The notes: generated by a model not told the origin, from the sequence alone. A DNA stretch of 63,220 nucleotides, filler included, from Octopus bimaculoides (GCF_001194135.2; 6 parts of 5 records of this genome joined end to end with filler, not necessarily neighbours in it); one strand, 5' to 3'; positions 13,246 through 26,357 are shown, counted from the first letter of the whole stretch. Numbers and translations: made by a program.

Positions 13246-13805
13246 GGCTTTCTCTTAATTCCCTCCTTCCTTTCTCTCTACCTCTCCCTCTGTCTTTCTC
13301 TGGTGCTCTCCTCCCACTATCACGTAACCCATGACGACTTAAGGCGGTGTCATTCTATTTTGCGTTGCCTTCGACCGCACTGGACACGATTTTCTGAGCT
13401 CCACGCTCTACCCCTCCTGTATCTATAGTTCTTTCGGACAGTTCTCATTTCTCTTTCGCGTTACCCACTTTTGTCTTGTCTTGTAGCCCCAAAGCTTTTT
13501 CTTGTATATGTATTATCATTATCAATTGCTGTCTTCGTGTGGCCCTAAGCCTTTATTCTGTTTATTGTTTTGTCTCCCATCTGTCCACTAACGGTCTCGT
13601 CTCGAGCCCGTCTTGTTTGGTTATGGTTTGATACCATTCCAGGTAAGTTTCTTGTCGGTATCTCCAGAGTGGAAGCAATTTTATCGATAATAGGTGAAAT
13701 AGTGTTTGGCCCTCTGGCCAATAACTGATAAAATATTGGTGACCTTCAGTATTTTCTGTTCGCCCATGTATTTAATATATGTTCGTTTGTTTATTTACTC
13801 CCCGG

Positions 13806-13905
<100 letters not shown>

Positions 13906-14174
13906 GACTGACCATTAGGATGATCGCATGTAAAATTAATATTTTTCATTCGATTTCGTTCACTCTTGGCAAATACATCATTTACGTTCCACAGATGGTT
14001 CTACACTCTTTAGACCTTTCTCTTATGGAGTAATATGGAGTAATGGAGCTTTTAGAGAAAGGGTAAAAAAGTTCTGATGCATTGTGGTAAAGGGAGGTAA
14101 CTCTTTGCGAAGTAACATTCAAAAATTCATTGTTTCCCTTACATTTGTATCGCCTGCACTACATCCTTTTGGCT

Positions 14175-14620
14175 GACAATCGGTGGGTCGTACCCCACAA
14201 CAATATGCTCTGCAAAACATTTCATGCACACATCAACGTAAAATTCTGTAAATCTGTCAAATCCATATGTTATGTATGCAAGTACATTACCACCGGATCG
14301 GACAGAGCCATTTTTCAAATAAAATCTATACAATTAACAGATTTTACAAATGATGAAGCGACTCTTTTCGAAACTGGACGCTACATATCCACCAATGAAG
14401 CCATATGGAAAACCTTAGGATTCCCAATTCACGAAGGATACCCTCCTATGATTCATCTCAGCGTTCATTTGGAAAATAGGTAGCGAATTTACTGCACAGA
14501 AGACAACCTCATTCAAGAAGTAGCTGTCCCGCCAAAGACCACTCTCACGGCCTTCTTTCACCTATACAAAGTCGACCCCTTCGCAAAGTCTATTTTGTGC
14601 GTTGAAGTGCCACATTATTA
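14175..14620 (+). pseudogene. Helitron Rep-domain fragment
   Basis: DNRWVVPHN..FHAHINVKFCKSVKSICYVCKYITTGSDRA..GRYISTNEAIWKTLGFPIHE..VHLEN*RIYCTEDN..PPKTTLTAFF. Confidence 0.92.
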
Positions 14621-14900
14621 TCTCCGCCTTAGCGAAGGCGGAGGTATTATTTTCAGTCGTGTTTGTTTGTTTGTTTGTGTTTGGACAAGATATCTCAAGA
14701 ACTACTAAATGGATTCGAATGAAACTTTCAGGGATGTTTGGCCTCGTGACTGGCACGAACTGATCAAATTTTGGAATCGATCCGGTACCGTACAGGAATT
14801 CTGGATTATTTTTCCTGTTTTATCCTACTTAATTTTTGAGAGCGGTCGGGTTCATTTTTAGTATTCTCGTTTGTGAGAGCAGTCGAATTTATTTCAGATA
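14615..14900 (+). mobile_element. HINE/DINE-1-like (Helentron-associated) element
   Basis: CTCCGCC-TTAGCGAA-GGCGGAG hairpin, (GTTT)n, then a GGATTCGAATGAAACTTTCAGGG core. Confidence 0.55.
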
Positions 14901-16120
14901 TTCGCAGAGCAGGAGCTATTTTATACATTTTCAGACATTTCCTAATCCAGCTATGTGGTAGGCTATCAAAGGCCTTTTTATAGTCTATCCAGGCTATTGA
15001 CAAGTTTTTTTGTCGCTTGTGACAATCTTCTAACATCATCTTATTGATGAGTAGTTGATCTTTACAACCATAAGATCCACGTTTACATCCCTTTTGTTCA
15101 TTAGGGAATATGCTACTTTCTATTAAAAAACTATAGGTATATTCAGTTAGGACTGTTGTTAAGCAGGTTTTGAGTCGATAATTTTTTGGTTCGTTTGTTT
15201 CCTCATTTTTTGGAAGCAGGAATGTTAAACCATTAACTAGCCAAGAGGGCATCAATCTAGGATTTTGCAAAACATCGTTGTAAAGTTTTGTTAGCAGTTC
15301 ATGGCTCTCTGGGAAGGCATTCAACCAGATGTTAGGAATTTTATCCTTTCCTGGAGCCTTCCATTTGCTTGACCTCCTGAGAGCAGATCTTATATCTTCT
15401 ACCTTGACCCCCTCCCACTTTTGCTCCTCTAAGGAGTCTAAGTCTGTAGATATTCTATCAATCCAAGGGGCCTTTTCATTGTGTGTTTTATCTTCTGCCC
15501 AGATTTTATTCCAAAATTCCTGCNNNNNNNNNNNNNNNNNNNNNNNNNNNNNNNNNNNNNNNNNNNNNNNNNNNNNNNNNNNNNNNNNNNNNNNNNNNNN
15601 NNNNNNNNNNNNNNNNNNNNNNNNNNNNNNNNNNNNNNNNNNNNNNNNNNNNNNNNNNNNNNNNNNNNNNNNNNNNNNNNNNNNNNNNNNNNNNNNNNNN
15701 NNNNNNNNNNNNNNNNNNNNNNNNNNNNNNNNNNNNNNNNNNNNNNTGTAGGTTTGATACTCTTGTCAAATTTAAGGTTTTTCAAACATTCTATGTCAGA
15801 TCTAAGTAGCTTAATTTGGTGTTGAATGCGCTCTTGCCAAGAAGGCTTTTTGTGGGAGTGTTGTCGTTTTCTAATCTTTTCACCACATAGAATCGTTGAG
15901 ATTTTTGCGGATGCATAGTACAGGTGGTTGATATCTGTAATATCAACATCATTAGCTGAAATTATATCCTTAAGTGCAAGGCGGATTTTACCAATTATTT
16001 TCAGGTTTTGGTTAGAATTGCGAATTTTGGGGAGAGTGTCGCGTTCATTCATACTGGTTTCTTTAATTTTCAGCTATTCAATCATGATTTGACTTTTTAG
16101 ATCATGTAGGTCATTAGAGT
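14900..16120 (-). mobile_element. Dong/R4-clade non-LTR retrotransposon fragment (N-terminal region and RT motifs 0-3)
   Basis: KPSWQERIQHQIKLLRSDI; KAPGKDKIPNIWL; PKNYR; EQKGCKRGSYGCKDQLLINK; AWIDYKKAFDSLPHSWI. Contains frameshifts and an assembly gap. Confidence 0.88.
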
Positions 16121-16242
16121 GTCTCTAATTTTTATTATTAGATTTGCAACACAACAATAGAACTGTTTCACTAATTGGAAAAATAACCTCCATTAATTAG
16201 TTTTGAAACTTACTGTATCATATATGTGGGACAAGAATAAGC

Positions 16243-16273
<31 letters not shown>

Positions 16274-16743
16274 CATGCATGCATATATGTNNNNNNNNNN
16301 ATATACATAAAGGTATGTATGTATACATATATGTATACATCTATATGCATTCATTCATACACACATGTATACATGCATAGATACATAAATACGCCAGATT
16401 AAAGTGCAGGCACAAATTACCGGTAGTTATTACATAATTAGATATTGCACGCTATAGTAATTACCATCAGCGTCACTGACATCGCCATGATCAACAGAAA
16501 CATTACAACTCTCTCTCTTCACCATCGCCGCAACAACATCATCCCCACTCACTCCATTAACACCACAACCAGCGTCATCCAGACTACTTTCATCCTCGAC
16601 ACCCACTACCTCTACCATCAGTACGCACACACCTCCATCACCACTACCACTAACACTGACATCACCAGTACCAGCAGCAGCGGTACCACCATCACCACCA
16701 CCACCAGCTCTACCTTAACCACCACCATCACCAGCACCAGCAC

Positions 16744-16796
<53 letters not shown>

Positions 16797-17358
16797 CTAA
16801 CAGATGTATTNNNNNNNNNNNNNNNNNNNNNNNNNNNNNNNNNNNNNNNNNNNNNNNNNNNNNNNNNNNNNNNNNNNNNNNNNNNNNNNNNNNNNNNNNN
16901 NNNNNNNNNNNNNNNNNNNNNNNNNNNNNNNNNNNNNNNNNNNNNNNNNNNNNNNNNNNNNNNNNNNNNNNNNNNNNNNNNNNNNNNNNNNNNNNNNNNN
17001 NNNNNNNNNNNNNNNNNNNNNNNNNNNNNNNNNNNNNNNNNNNNNNNNNNNNNNNNNNNNNNNNNNNNNNNNNNNNNNNNNNNNNNNNNNNNNNNNNNNN
17101 NNNNNNNNNNNNNNNNNNNNNNNNNNNNNNNNNNNNNNNNNNNNNNNNNNNNNNNNNNNNNNNNNNNNNNNNNNNNNNNNNNNNNNNNNNNNNNNNNNNN
17201 NNNNNNNNNNNNNNNNNNNNNNNNNNNNNNNNNNNNNNNNNNNNNNNNNNNNNNNNNNNNNNNNNNNNNNNNNNNNNNNNNNNNNNNNNNNNNNNNNNNN
17301 NNNNNNNNNNNNNNNNNNNNNNNNNNNNNNNNNNNNNNNNNNNNNNNNNNNNNNNNNN

Positions 17359-17422
<64 letters not shown>

Positions 17423-18132
17423 TAAAAGAAAAATGGGCGAAGAGAAATGGCTCAGTGGTCAGTGGCGTATGTATATCCTATATCATATATCACTTTTGAT
17501 TTATTGAAATTATCTTCGCCTCTAGAAGATGTGCCAGAATTACCAAATGGAAATAAAGATCAGCACCGTTTGAGAAGGAGAGATAATCACAAGAATGAAG
17601 ATTTCTCTAAAGACATGTCATTAAAGAAAAGGACACGTTTTGGAGAGAAGAAATAATTTACGATAAGTGTTTCTGCCTCAGTAAGTGCCATCAACACTAT
17701 AATTGTTCTAACCTATTTCCAGCAGCCAATGGACATACACAAAAAGAGTAGTAAAACATGTATGGCGTGAGTAATTTCCATAAATTAAGCAAAAATGAGC
17801 TCAGAAGACAAATAGAGTTATATCAAGTACCATACAACATAAATTCGTGATTTATACAAATTGTCTCCGCCTCTATACGTGTGTGAATGTATATATATTT
17901 ATATATTCTTTTATTTTTTAAATTGTTGCAGTTATCTGGCTGCGGCCATGCTGGAGCACCGACTTAAGGGGTGTTAGCCAAAGAAATCGAGCCCAGGACT
18001 TATTCTTTTTAAGCCTAGTACTTATTCTATCGGTCTCTTAGGCCGAACAACTACGTTACAGGGATATAAACACACCAACATTGGTTGTCAAGCAGACACA
18101 CACATACGCACGCGCACACAAATATATGCAGT

Positions 18133-18165
<33 letters not shown>

Positions 18166-18167
<2 letters not shown>

Positions 18168-18471
18168 GTCAGTGCTAGTACATAGACTACGCGCGTTTCA
18201 TGGCTGAAATAGGACTATATAAAATCATAAGCAAAGTCTATCCAAGTTCATTAGAACGGGGAAATGATTTTACTCCCCAAATCAGTCACTCTTCAGGTTC
18301 ATTCCTTGAATGATTTTAGGTATTTTCTTAGGGATTTGACCTGAAGAGTGACTGATTTTGGGTGTAAAATCATTTCCCCGTTCTAATGAACTTGGATAGA
18401 ATTTGCTTATGATTTTATACAGTCCTATTTCAGCCATGAAATGCGCGTAGTCTATGTACTAGCACTGACTT
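18166..18471. repeat. 132-bp inverted repeat (about 5 mismatches, 42-nt spacer) made of two hammerhead-bearing pLTR copies
   Basis: 18166-18297 versus 18340-18471, compared by eye. Confidence 0.92.
18338..18452 (+). ncRNA. Type I hammerhead with extended stem II
   Basis: GAC CUGAAGA GUGACUGA..UCAGCCAU GAAA UGCGCG UA GUC. The mirror copy on the minus strand (18185-18299) has a perfect ACGCGCGU stem III. Confidence 0.7.
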
Positions 18472-19084
18472 TTATACNNNNNNNNNNNNNNNNNNNNNNN
18501 NNNNNNNNNNNNNNNNNNNNNNNNNNNNNNNNNNNNNNNNNNNNNNNNNNNNNNNNNNNNNNNNNNNNNNNNNNNNNNNNNNNNNNNNNNNNNNNNNNNN
18601 NNNNNNNNNNNNNNNNNNNNNNNNNNNNNNNNNNNNNNNNNNNNNNNNNNNNNNNNNNNNNNNNNNNNNNNNNNNNNNNNNNNNNNNNNNNNNNNNNNNN
18701 NNNNNNNNNNNNNNNNNNNNNNNNNNNNNNNNNNNNNNNNNNNNNNNNNNNNNNNNNNNNNNNNNNNNNNNNNNNNNNNNNNNNNNNNNNNNNNNNNNNN
18801 NNNNNNNNNNNNNNNNNNNNNNNNNNNNNNNNNNNNNNNNNNNNNNNNNNNNNNNNNNNNNNNNNNNNNNNNNNNNNNNNNNNNNNNNNNNNNNNNNNNN
18901 NNNNNNNNNNNNNNNNNNNNNNNNNNNNNNNNNNNNNNNNNNNNNNNNNNNNNNNNNNNNNNNNNNNNNNNNNNNNNNNNNNNNNNNNNNNNNNNNNNNN
19001 NNNNNNNNNNNNNNNNNNNNNNNNNNNNNNTATGTATATATACACATACATATATTTCCATTTTACCAAATAATAGCACCAGAC

Positions 19085-19137
<53 letters not shown>

Positions 19138-19494
19138 AATGACTTGTGGATGAAAAATTTTATATTTTGTTAATGTATTGCGACATACGGTTCTGCATCC
19201 CATATGTTCATTTGTGAGGACACTTACACATCCATCGGATATTATATAATATTATTTATATCTTTGAATCTTGAGTATTCTTCCGTTCCATATATATGCT
19301 TCTTAAGGTATTGTACTGTAATGTTTTTTTTTTGCTAGTTCGATGTTTACATTTTATCAGGAAGTTCCGTTAAAATTTTGGGTGTTACTCGTGAATAGCC
19401 ACAGCTTACGAAAGAGAGAGACAAAGAAAAGGGAGAAAAAGAAAGAAAAATATGTGTGTATGTATGTGTGTGTGCGCACGTATGTGAATCGTAT

Positions 19495-19984
<490 letters not shown>

Positions 19985-20434
19985 TGCGTCTATATGTATA
20001 TTATTTGGAAGTGCTAGAAGACATGGCAGGTTATTAAAGCGCAGGTTATTAAAGGCAAGTTATTAAAGGCAGGTTAACAGTCTGCACATCACTCCTATAT
20101 TCCATGCTAAAGGAAAACAATCGCCAGGTTGTTGAATAGGTGAGAGTGCAGAGTTCGAGCTACGTTAAATGGTAATAGTATCTTGAGTTGGTGCTATAGA
20201 AAATGAGTGCCCCAATACACAGGATGTGACGGTGGCCATTCCACACCGACACAAAGAGGACAAGTCAGCTCAGCGACTAGAGGAGTACGAATTTGTATGA
20301 CTTGTACACCTACAAAAACAACCTGTAATCCACTCCTCATTGCAGCATATTATTCAGAAAATTTCACACCCAATTTCCGTAGGACACCAGGAGTTACATA
20401 CACACATACATACATACATACATGCATACATACA

Positions 20435-20491
<57 letters not shown>

Positions 20492-20560
20492 GTCTGTCTG
20501 TCTGTCTGTCTGTGTATATATCATTGTGTCTGGGGAGAGTCATTCTCTTTTAGTGTCTTA

Positions 20561-21453
20561 CTAGCAGTATAACCCGACCTTGTTCGGGTGTGACTTATTA
20601 TGCCATCTACGATAAGTCTTGCTAGCTGAAAATCAACTAAAAAAGAAAGCCTTACAACGAAAAAACCCTTATGATGTAAATATGTTCATAATTCAAAAGA
20701 CGATGAAATTAATAGGGAAAGTCTGAAGGCTGTTTTGCGTAAAATTATTAAGCATACGTAAATTTCATCCGTGTAATTGGCTATAGAAATGCTTGTGCAA
20801 AACAACTTTTTGCCCTGCCCTGATTATACATAGTAGGGTAATCCCTTTTCACAGGAGCTAGGATGGCAATTTGTGATGAAGCAATTGCTGGCGATCTGTT
20901 GCTAAATAGTTTTGCCAGAATTCTATTAGATTGGGCAGAAGGTGTTGATGCACCATTTTGCATTATGTTCAAAGTAGCTACTGGAATGTGGTGAATTGCT
21001 GCAGTCTGTGNNNNNNNNNNNNNNNNNNNNNNNNNNNNNNNNNNNNNNNNNNNNNNNNNNNNNNNNNNNNNNNNNNNNNNNNNNNNNNNNNNNNNNNNNN
21101 NNNNNNNNNNNNNNNNNNNNNNNNNNNNNNNNNNNNNNNNNNNNNNNNNNNNNNNNTAAACAGAACAACAAAAGTTATAATAGATGGCAGGGTCGGTACT
21201 TTTCACATATCTGTAATTTTTCAGATTAACACCCGCACGATTACCCAACCCTAATCCTAAACCTAATCCTAACACTAACCCTAACACTAACCCTAAACCT
21301 AACCCTAACCCTAACCCTGACCCTAAAAATCGTAACCGTAACATTAATCCTAAACCCTAACCCTGACCCTAAAACCCTAACCCTAACACCCTAGTGAAAA
21401 TCGTGGTAAATTTACAAAACATTGACGAACATGAGTTATATTTTACTGAATGA
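20561..21453 (-). mobile_element. Non-autonomous Helitron-like element containing a TTAGGG-like array
   Basis: 3' hairpin ACCCGA..TCGGGT plus CTAG|T at 20561. The 5' end is uncertain (TC candidates at 21425 and 21453). Confidence 0.55.
21247..21392 (-). repeat. Degenerate (TTAGGG)n interstitial telomere-like array
   Basis: Plus strand is CCCTAA with CCTAAA, CACTAA and CCCTGA variants, about 24 units. Confidence 0.9.
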
Positions 21454-21835
21454 TTGTGTACTTGCACGTGTATGCTTTTGAGAGAGCGAGAGACGAAGAG
21501 GTAGAGAGGGGGAGAGAAAGGAATAGGGGTAGTTAAAAGTTTTCTTATGACTGCTTCTCTTCACTGCCTATTACTTCATTAGAAATCTAAGGATGCACAT
21601 AAGCACATAATAGAGAAAAATGAAACAAATATGGACGACTTGCTCCGAAACACCACCGAGTGGGGAACACTTCTCAAAAATAACNNNNNNNNNNNNNNNN
21701 NNNNNNNNNNNNNNNNNNNNNNNNNNNNTTAATTAATTAANNNNNNNNNNNNNNNNNNNNNNNNNNNNNNNNNNNNNNNNNNNNATATATATATATATAT
21801 ATATATATAAATTCATAAGAATGGTACAACAAGGT

Positions 21836-21878
<43 letters not shown>

Positions 21879-22765
21879 CACATAACCAAAAGATTATCTA
21901 AAAAGCAAAGTAAAGTAAGAATAAAAATTTTTTCCCCCCAAAATCATTTTCGTGGGAATAAACGTTATTTTTACATAAGAGTGGTTGTGGTGGTGCAAAG
22001 GTTGCAGCCCACCCTGATAAGAAGAAGAGATCCATATTCAGGTGTGAGAAGTGTTTTCAATTTGTGGTAACCACACCCAAGTTAAGGTTTCATAAGTGCA
22101 TACATTTATGGCAATTATGTGCTCACACCCACGTGTGAGAATATTTATGTGCACATATATGTATGTATTTATGTATGCATATACATATAATGCATATAAA
22201 TGACATACATACATATATATGTGTGTGTGTGTAAGTTTAGATGAGTATATTGTCCAGGTGGATACTGTAGTAGCTCTCAGTTATGTTCCAGGTTATGGCT
22301 AACTACATTGATTAATTGACTAGTAAAATAAAAGGAAACACATTCTGAGGATGTACCAGTCTCCATATTCACTATCATAATAATTATTGCATACATATAT
22401 ACATATATCATCATTGTCGTTTAACGTCTGCTTTCCGTGGGTCTTTTACTTGCTCCAGTCATTGGATTGCAGCCATGTTGGAGTACCACACCAAAGGGTT
22501 TGGTAAAAAAAATTCACCCAAGACCTTATTTTTTAAAAGACATAATTATTCTATTGGTCACTTTTGCCAAACCACCAAGTTTATATATATATGATTTTAT
22601 ATAAGGCAAACAAGTGTAAAGGAAATTTTGCTACACAAATTGAAAGTTTGCCAAAAGCCATATCATTCAACAGAATATTTGTTTGTCGGTTTGAATTATC
22701 AAGTATTCGGACACAAGCACAATACCTAATACACACATTTTATAAATATATGAGTTTATGTTTTG

Positions 22766-22810
<45 letters not shown>

Positions 22811-23214
22811 GCATACACACATTCTAATATGTTAATATTTATTACATAAAAACAAAATAAATTTCAATTCCTCATCTAGATATGCTGTATATATGTGTAT
22901 GCATGGGCAACACACATAACATAAATATGTTCGCATAACTACATGGATGTATTTATCTGTGCATGTGTATTGTACATTCATACACACACATACACACACA
23001 CACATACACACATATATACATATACACATGCATCATATTTAAGTTGTACTATCATAAACTTGATTGTAAGTGAAAAACACTGGGGTGTGACATAGATAAA
23101 GTTGAAATTATTACGGGAAAAATTTTGTACCGAGATTTAACACTAAATTAGGTGTGCAAGTATGTGTGTGTGTGTGCATGCATATACATAAATATATATA
23201 TATANNNNNNNNNN

Positions 23215-23253
<39 letters not shown>

Positions 23254-23923
23254 GGTAGGGGTGATTCAAAAACAGTGTGGAATATTTAGTATCACAACTA
23301 TATTAGTAACAAACTCTAAAAAGAATTTAGAATTAAACCTACTTAATTTTTAAATGAAATTATGTAAAATATTCTTCCTATTAAATATACACACATTTTT
23401 TTTTTCTACTACTGGCTCTCAACATTTTTACCTGAAGGTGGAGCCGGCCCCACCAGCAATCAAATAAATACTTTGGAAAATAACATACACCTTAACAACA
23501 TGCAAAGAAATCTTAACCCACAGAAAGATTGTGAATTTGAAGGTCATATTTGGCCCGGTACATCCCTGGTGACCCAGTTAATTTAAATAGGATTCAGTTA
23601 GTTATTTATCTTTTTTTTTTACCTGGAATACCTATAAAATGTGTCACAAAGACAAACGACATTGCTGGTCATTTAATAGGTAGACCTGCAGGTAGTTAAG
23701 TAGGTGCAGTAAATAAATTACATGACAAGTTATATATATATATGTGCATGTATATACAAGTATGCACATGCATGTACATAAGTATATATACAAATATGCG
23801 TAATACATACAAGTATACAAATATGTAATATATATTACATATGTATTTATGCATATATACATGTATATACACACACATTATATATATATATATATGTGTG
23901 TATCTGATGATGACGATATATGC

Positions 23924-23958
<35 letters not shown>

Positions 23959-24360
23959 TATATACACATATATATATGTGTGTGTGTGTCTGTTTCTTTT
24001 TATTTTCAGTTATAATAAAAACAATATGACATTAATCTGATGGGTTACTCTATACTTTTGTAGAGAACAAATTCATTATTCCTTAACAAGAATAGTTAAG
24101 GAATTGAGAGTGATTTTGAAGTTTTGGCCAGCTAAGCCACAATCAGAGTGTGTATGCCAGAATGCCTATTCACTCACACACAAATATTTACACTAATGAA
24201 CCATTTTCTCCTGACTGTATATTACACAAGATTGTTTAAATACCGCCAGCTGCTCATCAACCTTAGAAGTGAACTGCTCTCAGCTATTGGTATAGCATTG
24301 TATTTTTGTCTTTCACTGTATTACACACCAACAATGAATTATAGGAATAGCAACACTTGT

Positions 24361-24965
24361 TAGTTAGCTAGATAGACACACAGATAGATGGCTAAATAGA
24401 TAGACAGATAGATGGCTAAATAGATAGATATACACAAATAGGTAGCTAAATAGATAGACACACATAGGTGGCTAAATAGATAGACACAGATGGGCAGCTA
24501 AATAGATAGATAGACACAAATAGGTAGCTAAATAGATAGATACAAATATGTGGCTAAATAGATAGACACAGATAGGTGGCTAAGTAGATAGACACAGATA
24601 GGTGGCTAAGTAGATAGATAGCTAAGTAGACACAGATATTTGGTTAAGTAGACACACAGATAAATGGCTAAGTAAACACATAGATAGATGGCTAAGTAGA
24701 TAGACAGATAGATGGCTAAGTAGATAGATAGACAAATACATTGCTTTTATTAGCCACACAGGGCTCAACAAAGATGGGACGAATACAATGTAGAAATAAA
24801 TAGATGGCTAAGTAGATAGATAGACACACAGATAGATGGGTAAGTAGATAGATACAAACACTGATATGTAGCTAAGTAAATAGATACTGAGAGAAATGGC
24901 TAAATAGATAGATAGATGAATAAAGCTAGCTAGCGAGCTAGACAGATAGATAGACAAACAGATAT
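24361..24965. repeat. AGAT-derived minisatellite (about 20-26 bp units, GATAGATGGCTAA(G/A)TAGATAGACACA-like)
   Basis: GGCTAA(A/G)TAGAT recurs roughly 20 times. Confidence 0.85.
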
Positions 24966-25250
24966 ACTACTAAAGCAACTAAACGTGGTTTAACTTCTTG
25001 AAACGTTTTTTTTAATAGTTCCACATCGTAAACTGATAATAACAACATAGATAACAATAAGCCTACCTGGCTTTTCTAAATACAAAAGGTACATGCAGCT
25101 ATCACAGATACAACTACAGCTACCGTTATTCCTACTATGTAGCAACGATATATATGTTTGTGTCAGCCGATATATTGACACAGTTCCTGTAGTTCATTTA
25201 AGTTAACTATTATAGTAACCACTGTTAGAAGTCTATCAACAAGCATTACG

Positions 25251-25256
25251 TTTATT
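25251..25256 (-). terminator. Candidate polyadenylation signal (AATAAA) for ARL4
   Basis: Plus-strand TTTATT about 520 nt past the stop codon. Hexamer only, in AT-rich DNA. Confidence 0.2.
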
Positions 25257-25778
25257 TACTTGTTAATATTATTAATAACCTGTGGATTTTTTTTTTAATC
25301 GCAAGCAAACAAAAATAAAAAAAAACAGCCATTACCCAAGACAATCAGAAGTAGGAGGGAAATACAATTTCTTGTGACTAGGCAAGTATAAGGTCAGGTT
25401 TATGTGCGTGTGTGTGTGAATGGGGCAATAACGGTAAGTGTAAGGGGTCTTTTAATAAACAAAATGAATGGAACGGAAAGAATTTGAAGCGAAAGTAAAC
25501 CAGACCGTGTTTTTAAAGGAAAAAAAAAAAAAAAAAAAAAAACGGTCAAATACCGAATAACCTCGAGTTATAGAATATCATTTCGGCCAGATGTACAATT
25601 AAGCGCCGGCTTAGGACCGCATCCCCGCTTCTTATTCCAATACATTCACCAAAAAAGATGAGTAGGATTCCAGAGAATGGATCTTGTGAGGGTTTTCGCA
25701 AGCGTATAAGATGGATTCAACCACTGTTTAAAAAAATAGGTTGGTGATTGGGAAGTGAAATATTAATTATTTCACTGG

Positions 25779-26357
25779 TCACCTCTTCTTTTTAATTTGT
25801 TTGTTCATTTTTTTCTTTTTTTCTATCATTTCAAACATAACATCCATCGCTTCGATAAGTCCCTCGCCGGTCACAGCACACGCTGGCTGAACGTGCCATA
25901 GTAAACCCGGGGAAGCTTCGTTTAATGTTAAAAATTTCTCTATCTCTTCCGGACTCATCGACGCCGGCAAGTCCTGTTTGTTAGCTATAATCAACACGGG
26001 TAGACTGTTGCCTTCCAGGCTACGTAGTAACCGTAGTAACTCTACCCGGGCCTCTTCTAGTTTTTCTCGGTTTACGCTGTCCACTACGAACACAATACCG
26101 TCAGCAGAACGGGTGTAAGATTTCCATAAGGGTCGGGTTTTGTCCCGACCTCCCACATCCCAGATGCAGAAAGTAGCACCTTTTGCTTTACCAGTTTTAA
26201 CACGAATCTTTTCGTAATTAAACCCTATTGTTGGTACTGGGTTCGTGTACTGGTCGAACTTAAGCCGATACAAGACAGTAGTCTTGCCTGCAGAGTCTAA
26301 TCCCAACATAGCAAGTTGAACAGAGGGACCATCAAGAAGCGATATATGTCCTCCCAT
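25779..26357 (-). CDS. ARL4: ADP-ribosylation factor-like protein 4 (ARL4A/C/D-like small GTPase), 192 aa, single coding exon
   Basis: ATG at 26357 gives MGGHIS (MGxxxS myristoylation context). Motifs: G1 GLDSAGKT, switch I PTIGFN, RPLWKSY, G4 ANKQDL, HVQPACA..GEGL and a basic C-terminal tail KKKKMNKQIKKKR, as in ARL4C. The ORF-track GTG start at 26441 is probably UTR. G3 reads DVGGR rather than DVGGQ. Confidence 0.95.
   Translation of the reverse strand: MGGHISLLDGPSVQLAMLGLDSAGKTTVLYRLKFDQYTNPVPTIGFNYEKIRVKTGKAKGATFCIWDVGGRDKTRPLWKSYTRSADGIVFVVDSVNREKLEEARVELLRLLRSLEGNSLPVLIIANKQDLPASMSPEEIEKFLTLNEASPGLLWHVQPACAVTGEGLIEAMDVMFEMIEKKKKMNKQIKKKR

Noticed and set aside
14350-14380. TGATGA..CGAAACTG hammerhead-like string
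   Set aside because: Lies inside the Helitron Rep coding frame (NDEATLFETGRY) with no stems; coincidence.
16445-16800. Thr/Ser-rich mucin-like ORF
   Set aside because: Degenerate (CAC)/(CAT) microsatellite running into a gap; no splice or domain evidence.
23436-23456. GC hairpin GGTGG..CCACC after CTGAAG
   Set aside because: No GAAA or stem III follows; a 5-bp stem is expected by chance.
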